A stretch of 63,268 nt of DNA, filler included, from Octopus bimaculoides (lineage: Eukaryota): the NCBI RefSeq assembly GCF_001194135.2. It is 5 parts of 5 records of this genome, joined end to end, with 100 filler letters (N's around TTAATTAATTAA, not from the genome) between each part and the next. Parts side by side here need not be neighbours in the genome. Positions count along the whole stretch, not along the records: positions 1 to 16,137 come from NC_068983.1; 4 more parts are not named here. One strand, 5' to 3'. Positions 1-13,260 of this stretch are shown here, in pieces. The position numbers and the translations under genes were made by a program. The notes beneath the pieces were generated by a model, which was given only the letters and a program-made list of their open reading frames with translations, made no database searches and was not told the DNA's origin. The stretch's first letter is position 1. Each line of letters opens with the position of its first letter.

Positions 1-106
1 CAGTAAACATAAGAGCACCACAGCAAACCACAGCACATACCCAAGGCGCACAGGGCTGCGCTCGGTAGTGAAGTGAAAGCACGTTATAAAAATAAAACTA
101 CTGAAC
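1..106 (+). mobile_element. 3' end of R4/Dong-like RLE non-LTR retrotransposon (stop codon + 3' UTR), followed by (AAT)n
   Basis: Near-exact reverse complement of 15763-15868, where the minus-strand ORF ends ...LGTAHILRKTLSIQ*. CAG TAA at 1-6 is that Q-stop. Runs into (AAT)n at 107. Confidence 0.8.
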
Positions 107-146
<40 letters not shown>

Positions 147-167
147 TTAATAATAATAATAATAATG

Positions 168-592
168 AAGGCCTCAAATTTGGGGGGAGGGGACCAGCCG
201 ATTACGTCAACCCCAGTGCGTATCTGGTTCTTAATTCATCGGCCCCGAAAGGATGAAAGGTAAAGTCGACCACGATGGCATTTGAACTCAAAACACGAAG
301 ACAAACGAAATACCGCTAAGCATTTCGTCCAGCATGCTAACGATTCTGCCAGCTCGCCTTCATAACAATAATGATAATCCTTTCTACTGGAGGCACAGGC
401 CTCAAATTTGTAGAGAGGTGACTAGTCGATTACATTGACCCCAGTGTTTCACTGGTACTTAATTTATCGACCCCAAAGTATCAAAGGCAAAGTCGACCAC
501 GGCGGAATTTGAACTCAGAACGTAGCGACAGGCGAAATACTGCTAAGCATTTCGTACAGCGTGCCAAGGATTCTGCCAGCTCGCCACCTTGT

Positions 593-643
<51 letters not shown>

Positions 644-866
644 TTCTTTTCTACTCTAGGACAAAGCCCGAAAGTTGGGTAGGAGGGAGGGGCCAGTCGA
701 TTAGATCGACCCCAGTATGCAACTGGTACTTAATTTATCGACCCTTAAAGATGAAAGTCAAAGTCAAAGTCGATCTCGGCAGAATTTGAACTCAGAACGT
801 AGCGACTGGCGAAATACAGCTAAGCATTTCGCCCAGGCGCTAACGATACTGCCAGCTCACCGCCTT
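168..866 (-). mobile_element. Three head-to-tail copies of tRNA-derived SINE family A (about 168-360, 378-588, 646-866) separated by (AAT)n tails
   Basis: Each copy read on minus: GGCGAGCTGGCAGAATC/TCGTTAG A-box head, GAGTTCAAAT B-box, then GTCGACTTT.CCTTTCATC...GGTCGATAAATTAAGTACCAG central domain and (ATT)n tail. Confidence 0.9.
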
Positions 867-885
867 AATGATGATGATGATGATG

Positions 886-949
<64 letters not shown>

Positions 950-964
950 TGATGATGATGATGA

Positions 965-1750
965 TTTAGTTGCCAAAAGGGCGAAAATTGAGGACAATAC
1001 AAAATAAGACATAAAGCGTGGCGGTTTACACATGATGAAATGATGAAAAAAGACAAATTAAAAATTAAAAAGTTAAGTATACGCAGTATACACTGAAAAG
1101 GAAGCGACATATACATGATATACAAAAGTTAAAGAAAAAGTTGGGGTGGATGATAGAGATGTAGCCCTCCTGATATAGGAGGATCTCTAGGAATAATCGA
1201 TGCACCCCACTGTCAGAGATTTCTCTGAACATGAAGAGCAAGTGCCCTCTCCAATTCCTTATCTCTGGCTTTCAGGTCTACACTGAGAAAAGTACTATCC
1301 ACTCTTGCCATTTCTGCAACTTTCACCCACCTTCCAATAAACTCACTCGAGGACCCTCTCCACTCTCAATTTCATTTTCGAGTGAAACTTGAAGAAGTCA
1401 ATGAGAGCTCTACGAAAGAGGAATGTATCTGTCCGCATGCCTTTCAGGTTTGTCCACCAAACAACTTCTTTCGCCACGTCCACCAAGCAAAGGAAATCTG
1501 TCTTACCTGCCCGATTGAAGGAGGACGGCGGGGTAATCATCACTACAATTTCGGCCGACAGACGGATCCGTCCCACACGTGATAGCAGCTGTTCGACTTG
1601 ACCCACAAGTCAGCAATGCCCGGACACTGAACGAGTGCGTGCAGAACGGTTTCGTCACTCTGTGCGCACTTCGGAAAGCCCGTCAGACAGCACATCCGTG
1701 CCTGTAGAGTTTATCTCGAACCTGTAGCACCCATAATCGCCTATACATGA
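965..1750 (-). mobile_element. L1/Tx1-like LINE: ORF2 C-terminus (zinc-knuckle region, frameshifted), 3' UTR and tail
   Basis: Minus-strand frames give LQVRDKLYRHG / PKCAQSDETVLHALVQCPGIADLW / QVEQLLSRVGRIRL...KEVVWW, matching the L1-clade C-terminal CCHC region. The tail at 965-1001 resembles the tails at 38484 and 58679. Confidence 0.7.
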
Positions 1751-2490
1751 AGGGAGCAAATAAAAGAATGGGACTAATAAGTGCGCATATCGAACTTGTG
1801 AACCTGCTGAGGTATCTACCCCAAAATGAAGAAATCATGCTAGGGACAGTTAGAAAGGAGAGTATACTGAAATCAGGAAAAAAAAAAGGTAATGAACAAA
1901 ACAATAAGTACAAGAAGAATATAAGTACTATGCAACAAGGCTCTACACGATGTAGTACCAGGCAGTGACTGTCATGGCTTCTGATCGTAACTGACAACTA
2001 CTAGAAGTATTATTATGTACATGTTTGTCTTGGTGTAAAAGATGGGCTACAGCAAACATTCTACTCCATATCCACAGATTTGCTTGTCAGTGACCTGACC
2101 ATGTCCAGTTGAGCTTGTCCCTTAGTGGCTGACAATATGTGCATCTCTGATCACGAGCAAGAGTAGTGGGAGAGCGTCATAGCCATGTGTTGAGAGGAGT
2201 TCTTGGTGTTAAATAATTCACCTCCGAAAACGTGGGTGTTTTGATCATCACCCTTAAACAAACCTTATTCAGAGACCTTTTGAGCGGGATGGACTACTCG
2301 ACCTGAGCAGAATTCGAATTGGGTCTCACCCGTAAGGTGCGCTGTTTATCTTGACATGAGATTACCATGTCGTGCACATATGGAAGTGATGCTTGTACCT
2401 GGTGAACCCTATCAGACGGTTAGTCATGATGGGTATATTCAGCTTCATATATATGTACCCCAGTGTCACTTCGACTGCATGTGTTGCTGT
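1750..2490. mobile_element. Unclassified probable interspersed repeat ending in (AAT)n
   Basis: Non-coding block of higher GC that interrupts the Tx1 fragment and ends in (AAT)n at about 2498. Only one copy in the window, so the call is weak. Confidence 0.3.
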
Positions 2491-2899
2491 CTCACTCAAT
2501 AATAATAATATTTCTTTTATTAGCCAGAGGAGCATAATTTAGGGCTACATGACAAGAAAAGATAACATAGAGGGTGGGAAGAAAGAAATGGAAAAACTGA
2601 AATACCATAATAGTATATGCAACATACAAAGTATATTGAACGTATACTTTTATCTCATTTCACTTATTTGAAGTAGCATGTAATAATTTTGAATAATAAT
2701 ATTAATTTCCTTTATACTTACTCATTTCGTTTACAATGAACATGGTTTCGTGATTTAGCTCGAACATCTTTATGCATGTTCTCTATATACGACTAGATTT
2801 TGTCTCAAGAATAGTCATACTTGGGTTATATCCCAAACTATCTTATAATAATTCTGCTTGTCGTTCCGTTACTTAGCCCGTCTGTAACGCTTTTGCATG

Positions 2900-3400
2900 A
2901 TTAGAGAAAAAGAGGGAGACAGAAAAAGAGAGAGAGAAAACGAGGGAGAGAGAAAAAGTGGGAGAGAGAAGCTTCCATGACGTGAAGTAGAGGGAATGCA
3001 ATTATAACGCTTTCACGCGATTAGTTGATGGGAAAGAGAGGAGAAAGAAAAAGGAGAAAAAGAGGATAAGACGAAGAGTGAGACAGAAAGAGGAGAAAGA
3101 AAAAGAGGAAGAGAAAAGAGTTCATAACGTGGGGTAGGGGGACGTAATATTTATTATGTAAAAAAGTTAGTTGAAGGTTGTGACGATATAGAGAAGGAGA
3201 GTCAAATATATAATTTTAACAGAAGGTTGATGTTCTGATGGTGAGGTTAAAGAAAGACAGAGAGAGATGGGAGGGAGAGAGAAGAGGGAGAGAGAAAGGG
3301 GGAGAGAGAGGAAGGAAAGAGAAAGGGGAGAGAGAAAGGAGGAGAGAGAAATGATGATGGTGGTCATGGTGCTGGAGGTGGCGGTGGTGATTGGATAGTG
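2900..3400 (+). repeat. Polypurine (GA-rich) low-complexity tract with degenerate spacer units
   Basis: GA runs alternate with related short spacers (ttcca/catAACG/GACGTG...gtaggg). Confidence 0.7.
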
Positions 3401-3889
3401 AAAAGTGTATTTTTTTCTAATTTAAGCTAAGTTTTTTTATATCAACTATCACTTAACGCATGCACGTAAGTGCAGTTCCACGAAATATTCACGCTTATTT
3501 AAGTGGCAGATATATGCAATTTAACTAAAGGTTGTATCATATGTACAGGATATTTTTTTTCTTTATGGGGCAAAATGGAAAAAATAAGAGTGAATATTTA
3601 TTTTATGAGTGCTATGTAATAAGTCAATAAAACTGTGCATAAAGTATATAAAGTGTATATATAAAGTGCATTAAGTAATCATCGTATTCCAATTTCTTTC
3701 ACTTTTCAATGAGTAGTAAATGAGCGACTATTTTTCCATATAGACACGACACAGGCTACACTTTCAGGTTTTTTGGATAGTTTTCAGAAGTAACCCAATA
3801 GGTTTACCATTAATTCCGTGGAATATTCTCGGGTCACGCTATTAAGCAATAAATACAGTAATAATAGTCATTGATTTTGGGACATGGCC

Positions 3890-4612
3890 ACAAATTAGGG
3901 TAAGATAATTAGGTGATACCGTCAACCCAAAGACTTGATGGGTACTGTATTTTATCGACTGCGGAAGGATGAAAAGCATAGTTCATCCCGGCGGGATTTG
4001 AATTCAGAATGTAATGAGCTGAAACAATTACCGCAAAACTTTCAAACGATTCTGTCAGCCTGCCAGATTAAAAATTAAAGAATAAATAAGAAATTGGCGT
4101 CACACGCACACGTTTCTGCAATAACACCCTGAAACTACCAAGAAGAATTTACGTAGGTACGTTCTAGAAAACAGCAACACCAAGATCTCTAAATATTGTA
4201 TACAACATTTTATACATGCTTCCAAGGTGTATCTGAATGTCGTCTTTATAACAGAAAATTTCGATGCATTTCTGAATCCATGAAAATAATCCTTTCTATT
4301 ATAGGCACAATGCCTAAAATTTCGGGGGAGGGGATAAGTCAGTTACATCGACCCCCCAGTGTTCAACTGGTACTTATTTTATTGTCCCTGAAAGGATGAA
4401 CGGAAAAGACGATCACAGCGGAAGTTGAACTCTGAAGGTAAGGACGGACGAAATGCCGCTAAGCATTTTGCTCGGCGTGCTAACGATTCTGCCCTCTCAT
4501 CGCCTTTGAATCCATGAAAATAAACCTACTATAGGCACAAGGCCTGACCTTTTTCACCGGTACTCAATTTATCGATCCAGAAAGGATAAAAGGTAAAGTC
4601 GACCTCGGCGGA
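3890..4612 (-). mobile_element. SINE family A copies (about 3890-4070, 4290-4505, partial 4525-4612)
   Basis: Same GAAAGGATGAA...GAACTC...GCTAACGATTCTGCC signature as 168-866. Confidence 0.85.
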
Positions 4613-4749
4613 AATCCATGAAAATAATGTTAACGATAATCTTTTGTTACATACGCACAATGCCACTCATTTTATGGACAGGACTGAGTACATGACTACC
4701 GTACTCATATCATTTTCCCGATCTCGAAAGAATAACAGGTAACGTTTAG

Positions 4750-5095
4750 ACATATGTGCGTGTATGTAAGTGTGTATGTGTGCGTATAGATATATGTATG
4801 TGTGTTAAAATGTTTGTGTGTGCATGCACACATACATACACACACACACACATATATGTATGTTCATATACATACGTATATCTGTGCGTATATATACATA
4901 AGTGCCTGCGTATACATAAATATGAGTCTGCGTGTGGCTATGTATATTCATAGATGTGTATGTATGTATGTATGTATGTATGTATGCATATATGTATGTA
5001 TGTATGTATGTATGAATGTATGTATGTATGCATGTATGTATGTATGTAGGTATGTATGTGTGTATGTATGAACATGTGTGTGTGTGCGTGTGCAA
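4750..5095. repeat. Compound (TG)n/(TA)n/(TATG)n microsatellite
   Basis: Directly visible. Source of several spurious YV/HT-rich ORFs. Confidence 0.95.
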
Positions 5096-6099
5096 AAGAT
5101 TCTGAACTAAGGAAATAAGCCATCTTAATAGCGTATCTAATGTATTCCTGTGGTGAGGATTGTGATCTAGTGAGATTTCGAAGGCACCCATGTTTCTAGG
5201 TGGTGTGGTAGCAGTAATTTTGCGTAGTGTACACCCATACTATGTGTGGTTGTTGCACCCGCGTGAGTGTGCACTTTACACATGTGAGCGTAGATATATT
5301 TGAAGACCGATGTTCTTCAAGAAGCTGTAAACGTTCTAAGATCTCTAACAGAGTTGCCAGCTGCAACTGGCGCAAGTGTTTTTTGAAAGAGTAACTTTAT
5401 TGGTTTATTGCAGACGAAGGCGTATGTACGGAATGAATTTTAAAGAAGATTGCATATCAGATTATTTCGCTCTCTTTGCTAGTTTTACATTGGACTTCTT
5501 AATTAAACTTGAAGTATTTTTCTTGATGCTGTGTCTCACGTTAATGTTATTGTTGAACAGCTGGTGGTATTGCGATCGTTCTGAAAATATTTTCTGATGA
5601 ATGGAAACAAAATGCTTTGCAACAGCCTCTATCTTTCTCATTTATTCTCTCTTTCTTTCTCTTTCTGTCTCTCTCTCTCTCTTTCTGTTATGTCATTGTC
5701 ATATGAAGAGTTAAACCGTATAACATTTCTCCTCTTAGTATTTTTAGTGTAATTGCTTGTAATGTCTGCGAAGTATTTCATTTATTTTCAATATCGGTTG
5801 ACTGTTAGTGCTTAACATTTTCAGTCATTTTAAAGGTGGCTCAATCGGACAATACTGATTTTACTCTTGTGATACTTATTGGTGAATATTTGATAATGCT
5901 TACTCTGTAATCGTATTTCAATGCACAATAGGATTCTATTAAGTTTTGAAAACGTTTCGTATCATATCGCGTTTAGTTTAACCGTTGTACCGAATGTTCT
6001 AATGAGGGTCGAACCATCTCGCTCAGATTACTAGTTTAGAATCACGGCCCAAATGTATTACCAGCTACAGTTGCCATTAAATGCATTTGCGCCTCAGTG

Positions 6100-6450
6100 A
6101 ACAAAGTTTTACCAATCAGATCGGTAGGTATGTAACCAAATAAGCAATGAAATTGAAAGTAAATTCTGTGAATTTTTCCGCAAAATAGTTCCGTCGAAGA
6201 TTCTAGAAGCTTAACTAAATATTATAAAATTCTGGGATATTGAACTCTAGAACGTACTGCGTTCTAGAACGTACTACGTTCTAGAACGTACTCCGTCGGT
6301 AAGTTTTATGATAAGGAGCTCTCTTTCTTTCTACGTATTCGGTGCAGGGATTTGAACCCCAACCGCGATTAGTTTGCGATGATAAGCATGCCATCACAGT
6401 TTCACGTGACTGATCTAAAAATCGACCAATTAGCGTGAAACTGTAGCGTG
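6100..6450. promoter_or_regulatory. Possible CpG-rich promoter-like region (CCAAT x2, E-box TCACGTGAC)
   Basis: ACCAATCAG at about 6110, TCACGTGAC at 6402-6410 and CCAAT at 6426-6430. CpG-rich compared with the neighbouring depleted domain. Motif matches alone are weak evidence. Confidence 0.25.
6246..6296 (+). repeat. 17-bp tandem repeat x3 (TCTAGAACGTACT[G/A/C]CGT)
   Basis: Three units differing only at one position. Confidence 0.95.
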
Positions 6451-7635
6451 ATTATTCTTGACATTTGCACAGTTTTAGCCTAGTTAAATAGTTTGGGGCC
6501 TAATTCACAGCAGACCACATCTAGCCTTCAAACAAGACACATCGTGGATCTCTTTCCCAAGTTTCAACAATGTAAGGCAGTTATTGTATCTGCATTCTTC
6601 TCTTTCCAGATAGCTAGTGTCTGCACCAATGCATTTTGCGTTCGTGAGTTTGCTTATATTATATTACATACAACCAGCCTGATCTTTCATTCAGTAAATG
6701 GACACAACATCATTCCTTCTCACGTCCAACTGCGCGACAATAGTCTTCAGCAAATACACAAAAAACGAGAACTCACGACATGATGATCACAAATATACAA
6801 GCTCGCGACACGTTCTGAAGAACAATTTTTACATAATTACAAATTATCCCAGAATGAAGACTTAAGTGTCACTATTACTATCTTATGTTAGCTGTTATAT
6901 TCAAATAATTATTGGTCACATGTTAGTGAAAATGCTCCAGATAATAAAAATAACCGGAAAATTATAAAAATGTTAGTGGGATCAATCTTTCCTTCACACG
7001 CAGCCCACCGATTATATTGTGTACTACCAACAATGAATAAAACATTCACTGAAGTGTGATGTCAGGGCATTTATGAAGGGATATGCATATATGTCTACCT
7101 TTTAGTACCTACAGCATTAATGACATAGTGTAACCAAGAGAACGTTAATCCGACGTTGCTTCGTACGTCACCTTCAAGCTGAATTTCCAGAATGTTGTAG
7201 TTATTGGTTTTCATGGAACATCAGCCGTTTACTCTCTCAAACCATTTCAAAATCAAAACCCACGTAATTTTATATGGTAAAACTGTTTATGTACGAAAAT
7301 ACTTAAAATGCGTAAAACTGTTCAGGAATCGTGTGAAACCGGCAATAAATAATACTCTATATGATCCAACCTATTTCGCCTTACGTCCATTAAAGATTAT
7401 CATATTAATTCAGATTAACGTCCACTTGGTTACAGAGCGTAGGCTCTAAAATATAAACATAGACTTTCAGCTCTATCTATGATTCATCTATGTATCTATG
7501 TATTTTATTGCTTTCTCCCTCTCTCCCCATCATGTTCTTTCTCTCTCTATATATATATACATACATACATATATATGTGTGTGTGTGTGTGTGCGTGTGT
7601 GTGTGTGTGAACATGTGAGTATGTATTTATGTGAT

Positions 7636-7677
<42 letters not shown>

Positions 7678-7696
7678 TAAATATATNNNNNNNNNN

Positions 7697-7758
<62 letters not shown>

Positions 7759-8614
7759 CATACATGCAAATATATGTATGTGTATTTGTATGTATGTATG
7801 TGTGTATATAGAAGAAGAAGAAGAAGAAGAAGAAGAAGAAGAAGAACGTATATCAACATTATGTTCAAAGAACAAGATTATTAATAGAAAGAGGAACTGA
7901 GATAACAATTGCCAACTTCACATATAAACATCTCTCTTGACAATTTTCTGGAATCACTGGTGTTTTTTCTTTGTTTCTTTTTTTAAATTAAATAGAATTC
8001 AGTATCTTTACTTTTATAGTGGAAGATTAAGTTAGAAAATTTAAACATTGATGTTATTTCTATATTTAAACTTTGGTATGTGCAGAAACCTCACTTTTGG
8101 TTTGAGGTGATAGAGTGTAATTAAATGACTCAATCCTAGTCTATTACTGGTAATTATTATTTCAACACCAAGGTAAAATATAATTGGTGATAGATAAGTT
8201 CAACTTCTGGTTCTCATGGAATTATCTCTGACAGTCTGTAGAATAAATAAATACATGTGCATTTTAAGGCTTCTCTATCCTTAAACATAAAGCAAGTGTT
8301 TGGGAATGAAGTGTCAATTTTTCTATGTTTTTAAATAACTCCTTTTTGCATCAGAGTTTTGTTTATGAAATCTAATCAATAAAATTAAAGTCTATATTTA
8401 GGAAATATTTCTATGAGTTAATTCCTCATCACTATCATCAACGTTTTAACCTCTAGTTTTCAATGCTGGGTTAAATAGAATTTGCTGAGGCAAATTTCAT
8501 ATGGCTGAAATCCCTTGTTTTCAAGCAAGTTAATATTTTCACATGATTAGGCATACTTCCACAGAAGACTGGAAATGAATGGCACTACTTCTATGATGTG
8601 GTCACTTATTGGTT

Positions 8615-8820
8615 GGAAATTTTGACACAAGGTCAGCAATTTTAGGGGAGGAGATAAGTTGATTACATCAACCTCAATGTTCAACTGGAAATTATTTTAT
8701 TGACCTTGAAAAGATGGAAGGCAATGTCAATCTCGGTGGAATTTGAACTCAAAACATAAAGACGGATGAAATATCACTGAGCATTTTACCCTGTAATGAT
8801 TCTACCAGCTCACCACCTTA
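8615..8820 (-). mobile_element. SINE family A copy, heavily CpG-decayed
   Basis: Family A structure with most consensus CpG read as TpG/CpA (e.g. agctcaccacc vs agctcgccgcc). Confidence 0.85.
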
Positions 8821-8868
8821 ATGGGGATCACTAATTGGCAACTATCACACAATGCAAAGATGAAGAGA

Positions 8869-8899
<31 letters not shown>

Positions 8900-9476
8900 T
8901 CCTGCAACCTAACTCCATGCTGTCATCACCTTTTCCTGTTCTCCCCCAGTCAATTATATCATCACTGTCCTGTCATTACCCTGTCCTACTTTTCCCCTTT
9001 TCCTCCCTTTTCTTTGTGCTCTCATGAACTCCCTGTTCACTCGATTTATACCACTCCATTTACATTCACCTCTTTGTACCTTGAGGATATGCCTTGGCAT
9101 GTTGCTATCATCTCTCTCATTCTCTTTCCCCTTCTCCCACACACACTCCCACCTCTCTCCACTCTCCCCCCTCTCTACCATCTCTCTCTTACAAGTTTAA
9201 CCATGTATCTCCTCTACAGCAAGACACCTGTTTCAATCCTTCTATCATACATTAGTATCTCATCATCTGGCACAAAGCCACTCTCAATTCGGACCTCATT
9301 GGTACACTTATAAAATGGTTGGCAAAATGAAGGGCATCCAGCTACAGAAACCATGCTGAAACAGACAGTGTACCAACTCCTGTTAAACCGTCTACCCATT
9401 AAATGATGGTATGATGATAATGATGATGATGATTCTGATGAGGAAGCTGTATACTTATATATGTATATATGTAGGT

Positions 9477-9560
9477 GCAGGAGTGACTGTGTGGTAAGAA
9501 GCTTGCTTCTCAACCACATGGTTGGATTTGGTTGATAAAAGCTGAAAGAAGCCCATTGTG

Positions 9561-9597
<37 letters not shown>

Positions 9598-9800
9598 CTG
9601 TGTTTGTCACCCTACCATCACTTGATAACTGATGTTCGTTTGTTTACATCCCTGTAACTTGGTAATTTGGCAAAAGAGGCCAATTGAATAAGTACTAGGC
9701 TTACAGACAATAAGTCCTCGGATCAATTTGTTTGACTAAAGGTGGTGCTCCAGCATGGCCACAATGAAATGACTGAAACAAATAAAAGAATAAAAGAATA
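9477..9800 (+). mobile_element. tRNA-derived SINE family B (internally deleted)
   Basis: GCAGGAGTG.CTGTGTGGTAAGAAGCTTGCTT head, internal (TA)n(TG)n and (AATAAAAG)n tail. Matches the fuller copy at 40336-40714. Confidence 0.85.
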
Positions 9801-9805
9801 TATAT

Positions 9806-9836
<31 letters not shown>

Positions 9837-10267
9837 GGCACTCTGTCGGTTACGACGATGAGGGTTCCAGTTGATCCGATCAACAGAACAGCCTGCTTGT
9901 GAGATTAACATGCAAGTGGCCGAGCACTCCACAGACACGTGTACCCTTAACGTAGTTCTCAGGGAGATTCAGCATGACACAGAGTGTGACAAGGCTGACC
10001 CTTTGAAATACAGGTACAACAGAAACAGGAAGAAAGAGTGAGAGAAAGTTGTGGTGAAAGAGTACAGCAGGGTTCGCTACCATATCCTGCCAGAGCCTCA
10101 TGGAACTTTAAGNNNNNNNNNNTGTGGTGAAAGAGTACAGCAGGGTTCGCCACCATATCCTGCCAGAGCCTCATGGAACTTTAAGTGTTTTTGCTCAATA
10201 AACATTCACACTGCCCGGTCTGGGAATCGAAACCACGATCCTATGACTGCGAGTCTGCTGCCCTAAC
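9837..10267 (-). mobile_element. tRNA-derived SINE family C
   Basis: B-box GGTTTCGATTCCCAGACC on minus near 10225-10240. Its 3' part matches 54100-54230 and its 5' part resembles 53383-53560. Confidence 0.8.
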
Positions 10268-12651
10268 AATAATGGTAATCCTTTCTACTGGAGGTACAAG
10301 GCCTCAAATTTGTGGAGAGGTGACTAGTCAATTTCAGAAAATAATTAAGCCAAAATAATTAATAACTAAAGTGGTGATGCTTCTAAGAGTTACATTTGCA
10401 AATATGGTTGTCTATGTTGAATGAATCATGGGATAACTAATCGGATTCTTTTTTTTTTCCTATTGCAGAATATTTTCTAATCCTTATTTACAGTTGAGTA
10501 ACTTCTTACTACTTTATTGGCCCTTATGCTTTTGCATGTATATATATGTACATACAGGTATGTATGTGAGGGGGGAGGTCAGAGTGGGGAGAGAAAATGG
10601 TGTCATTAGTTACAAGATATATTTTGATTTTTATGTCTATATTCTCAAATATTTTTTAGTGCTTCTTTTCCATTTTTTCTTATTTACCAGCAAATATATC
10701 TACATTCAATACCATCATTATCAGTATCCACTTCCTTATCATCATCATCCCTACCATTATCATCACCCTCACTGCTACCACCACCAATAACAACAACAAC
10801 CTACAGCAACAACACCATCACCATCATATCATCTTAATTATCATCTTTACCGACTCCTCTCCTTCAAAACCTCCTCCACAATCTTCTTATTGGCTACTAT
10901 ACTGTTTTTATGTCTGTGTTAATTGCCCAATGTGGGTTGATCTAGTAATCTTGTTCTGTTTCAGCCTTGCCACAACATCTTACATTTCTATAAAGTGTTT
11001 CATGATTAATCAACTACACAGCTTTGATTTACTTTCAATGATACATGATTGTCATAGATCAGTGGAGATGAATGATAGTATTGATGAAAAGAACTTTCTT
11101 CATTCAATTCACTTTTCAGAAATGACAACTATAAAGCATTAATTATTCTGAATAAGAATTTTATAAACAGAATCTTTAATCTATTTTCTCTCTTTCATTT
11201 TTTTGTCTCCATAATTTTTGTATTATTTCGTAAACATATTATAATACATTCATCTGTTTCATGCACAACTGTGATATACTGAGCCAACTTTTTGAGTTTC
11301 ACATTCACACATATTCTTCAATGGGATAACAGCCTTTAGAAAATCTGAAAGGGATATGGAAATGATACTTGTTATATCCAGAAAGGTTTACATTGAACAT
11401 TAGTCAAGACATTAAACTTAGTACATTAAATTATCCAGTCTTTGCACTCTGTCTCATTTTTCATTTTATCTGCTATCTCACCAAGATGAAGTAATTTATG
11501 TAACAGGAAACAATTCATTTTAGAAATGACAAATCCAAGACTATTTCTTTCATTCAATTGAGAAAAATTATTACGATAAAAAGAATCTAAATTAATTTGT
11601 TTTCTGTTCTGTGGAGGATAACATTTTCAAGTGTAAGAAAAACATTGTTTCTTTGTATGTTATTCCTATACATTCAATTCTAAACACACTACAGAGTTAA
11701 TGTCATCAAACTTTTTAGCATCACAATCTGGTCCTTGGAAGCCTTTAATGATGTCCTTTCTCACAGAAATATTTGGGCTAAGTATTTAGTGTGTGAATAA
11801 TTTTTCTCTTTCTTTTATACATGCATAGAGTCTTGAGCTATGTTATTAAATGAAAGGAAAAAACTTGTAACCAGAAGTTATTTCCTATTCTATTGATAAC
11901 GGATGGATTTTTTAGAAAATCTAACACCTACCAAAAACTCCCCTTATCTTTGAATTTAATTTACTAGTATATATGCTGTAGCAGAATGGAAGCAACATGG
12001 TTAAATTGTCAAGAGATTTGTTTCTCAATCAGAAGATCCTGTTCAATACCATTGTGTAGCATCTTGGGTGATTGTATTTTACTATGGCCATGGATTGACC
12101 AAAGCTATCATAAGTATAATCAGGTAAATAGAAACGGTATGTAAGCCTAACAGATGGATAGTTTTTGTAATTTAAAGGTTCTGCCTTGCCACACTGTGTT
12201 ATATTGACTCTACCTGAGAATTAAGAATCATGTTACAATAAATATGTCTGTGAAATGTTCAAAACTTACAGGCCAACTACCAAAATGCATAAAAATCTAT
12301 TTTTATAGGATACAAATCACCAAACTTCTTGGCTAGGTGACTAATATGATATTTACTCAGTCACACACAGCTCACCACTTTTCATGTGTTTTATAGTTGA
12401 AAATTACAGCAACCTAAATTAAATATGCCAGCATTGTTTATTTTGCATATAAAACTTTACTATGGAGGATACCCAGAGATTTTTTTCTAAACTTCTATGG
12501 GACAAATATAATTTACTGGGGTTAGAGTTTTCTACAGTTGGGTAACATTCCCATTGCCAACTCCCACCTGTTCTAAGTGAGGGGATAATCTCCCAGTCTA
12601 CTGAACAACAAACAACCAGAACATGATTATGTAAAGAACTGGATACAAATA

Positions 12652-12874
12652 CAGTAATCCCTCGCCATGTTGCAGTTCACCTATTGTGGTTTATTATTTA
12701 AGTTATTACTTCAATTCCTCTGTGGTATTGCTTTGCATTTATAATAAAATAAATATATACAAATTATAAAAATAAATAAAAACTATCCAGTAGAGCACTG
12801 TCTCTACTTCACGGATTGACACCTATCGCAGGGGGTTTTGGAACATAACACCTGTGATAGTTGAGGGATTACAG
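12652..12874. mobile_element. pogo/Tigger-type MITE with TA target duplication
   Basis: TA|CAGTAATCCCTC ... GAGGGATTACAG|TA terminal inverted repeats, 223 bp, non-coding. Confidence 0.8.
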
Positions 12875-13099
12875 TAATATCAAATCAAATCTTTTGCTTA
12901 CAAAGATCATGCAATATGTCAAGACATGTCAAAAAGGCCAGACATATTTTTATAGTGAAGTGCAAGTAATTTACACCATTAGTGAAATTAATGAGTGAAA
13001 TGCATGTTTAGATAAGAGAGAAATTTTAAATCACTTACACAAATACACACAGATAGACAGACAGACAAACACACACACACACACACACACACATGCATA

Positions 13100-13260
13100 T
13101 ACAACAGGCTTCTTTCACTTTCTGTCAACTAAGTGTGCTCACATTTAGTTGACAGCCCCAGGCTACAGTATAAGACACCTAATGTGTGACACAATGAGAT
13201 TGAACCTGAAACCACATGGTTGTGAAATAAACTTGTTAACCATGTAGCTATGCCTGCACC
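13100..13260 (-). mobile_element. SINE family B 5' part
   Basis: Reverse complement of the family B head (…gcaggcatagctacatggttaacaagttt…ccacatggtttcaggttcaatc). Confidence 0.7.

Noticed and set aside
6340-6400. tRNA-like B-box (GGGTTCAAATCCC on minus)
   Set aside because: No complete cloverleaf; more likely a SINE head relic than a tRNA gene.
10050-10185. 63-bp direct repeat flanking a 10-N gap
   Set aside because: The two copies differ by one base and straddle a minimal gap: an overlapping contig-end or haplotype artefact.
10469-11142. Plus-strand exon pair (10469-10557, from about 10967)
   Set aside because: Splice signals look fair, but joining them gives an early stop and no recognisable protein; not phase-compatible with the 6610-6643 candidate.
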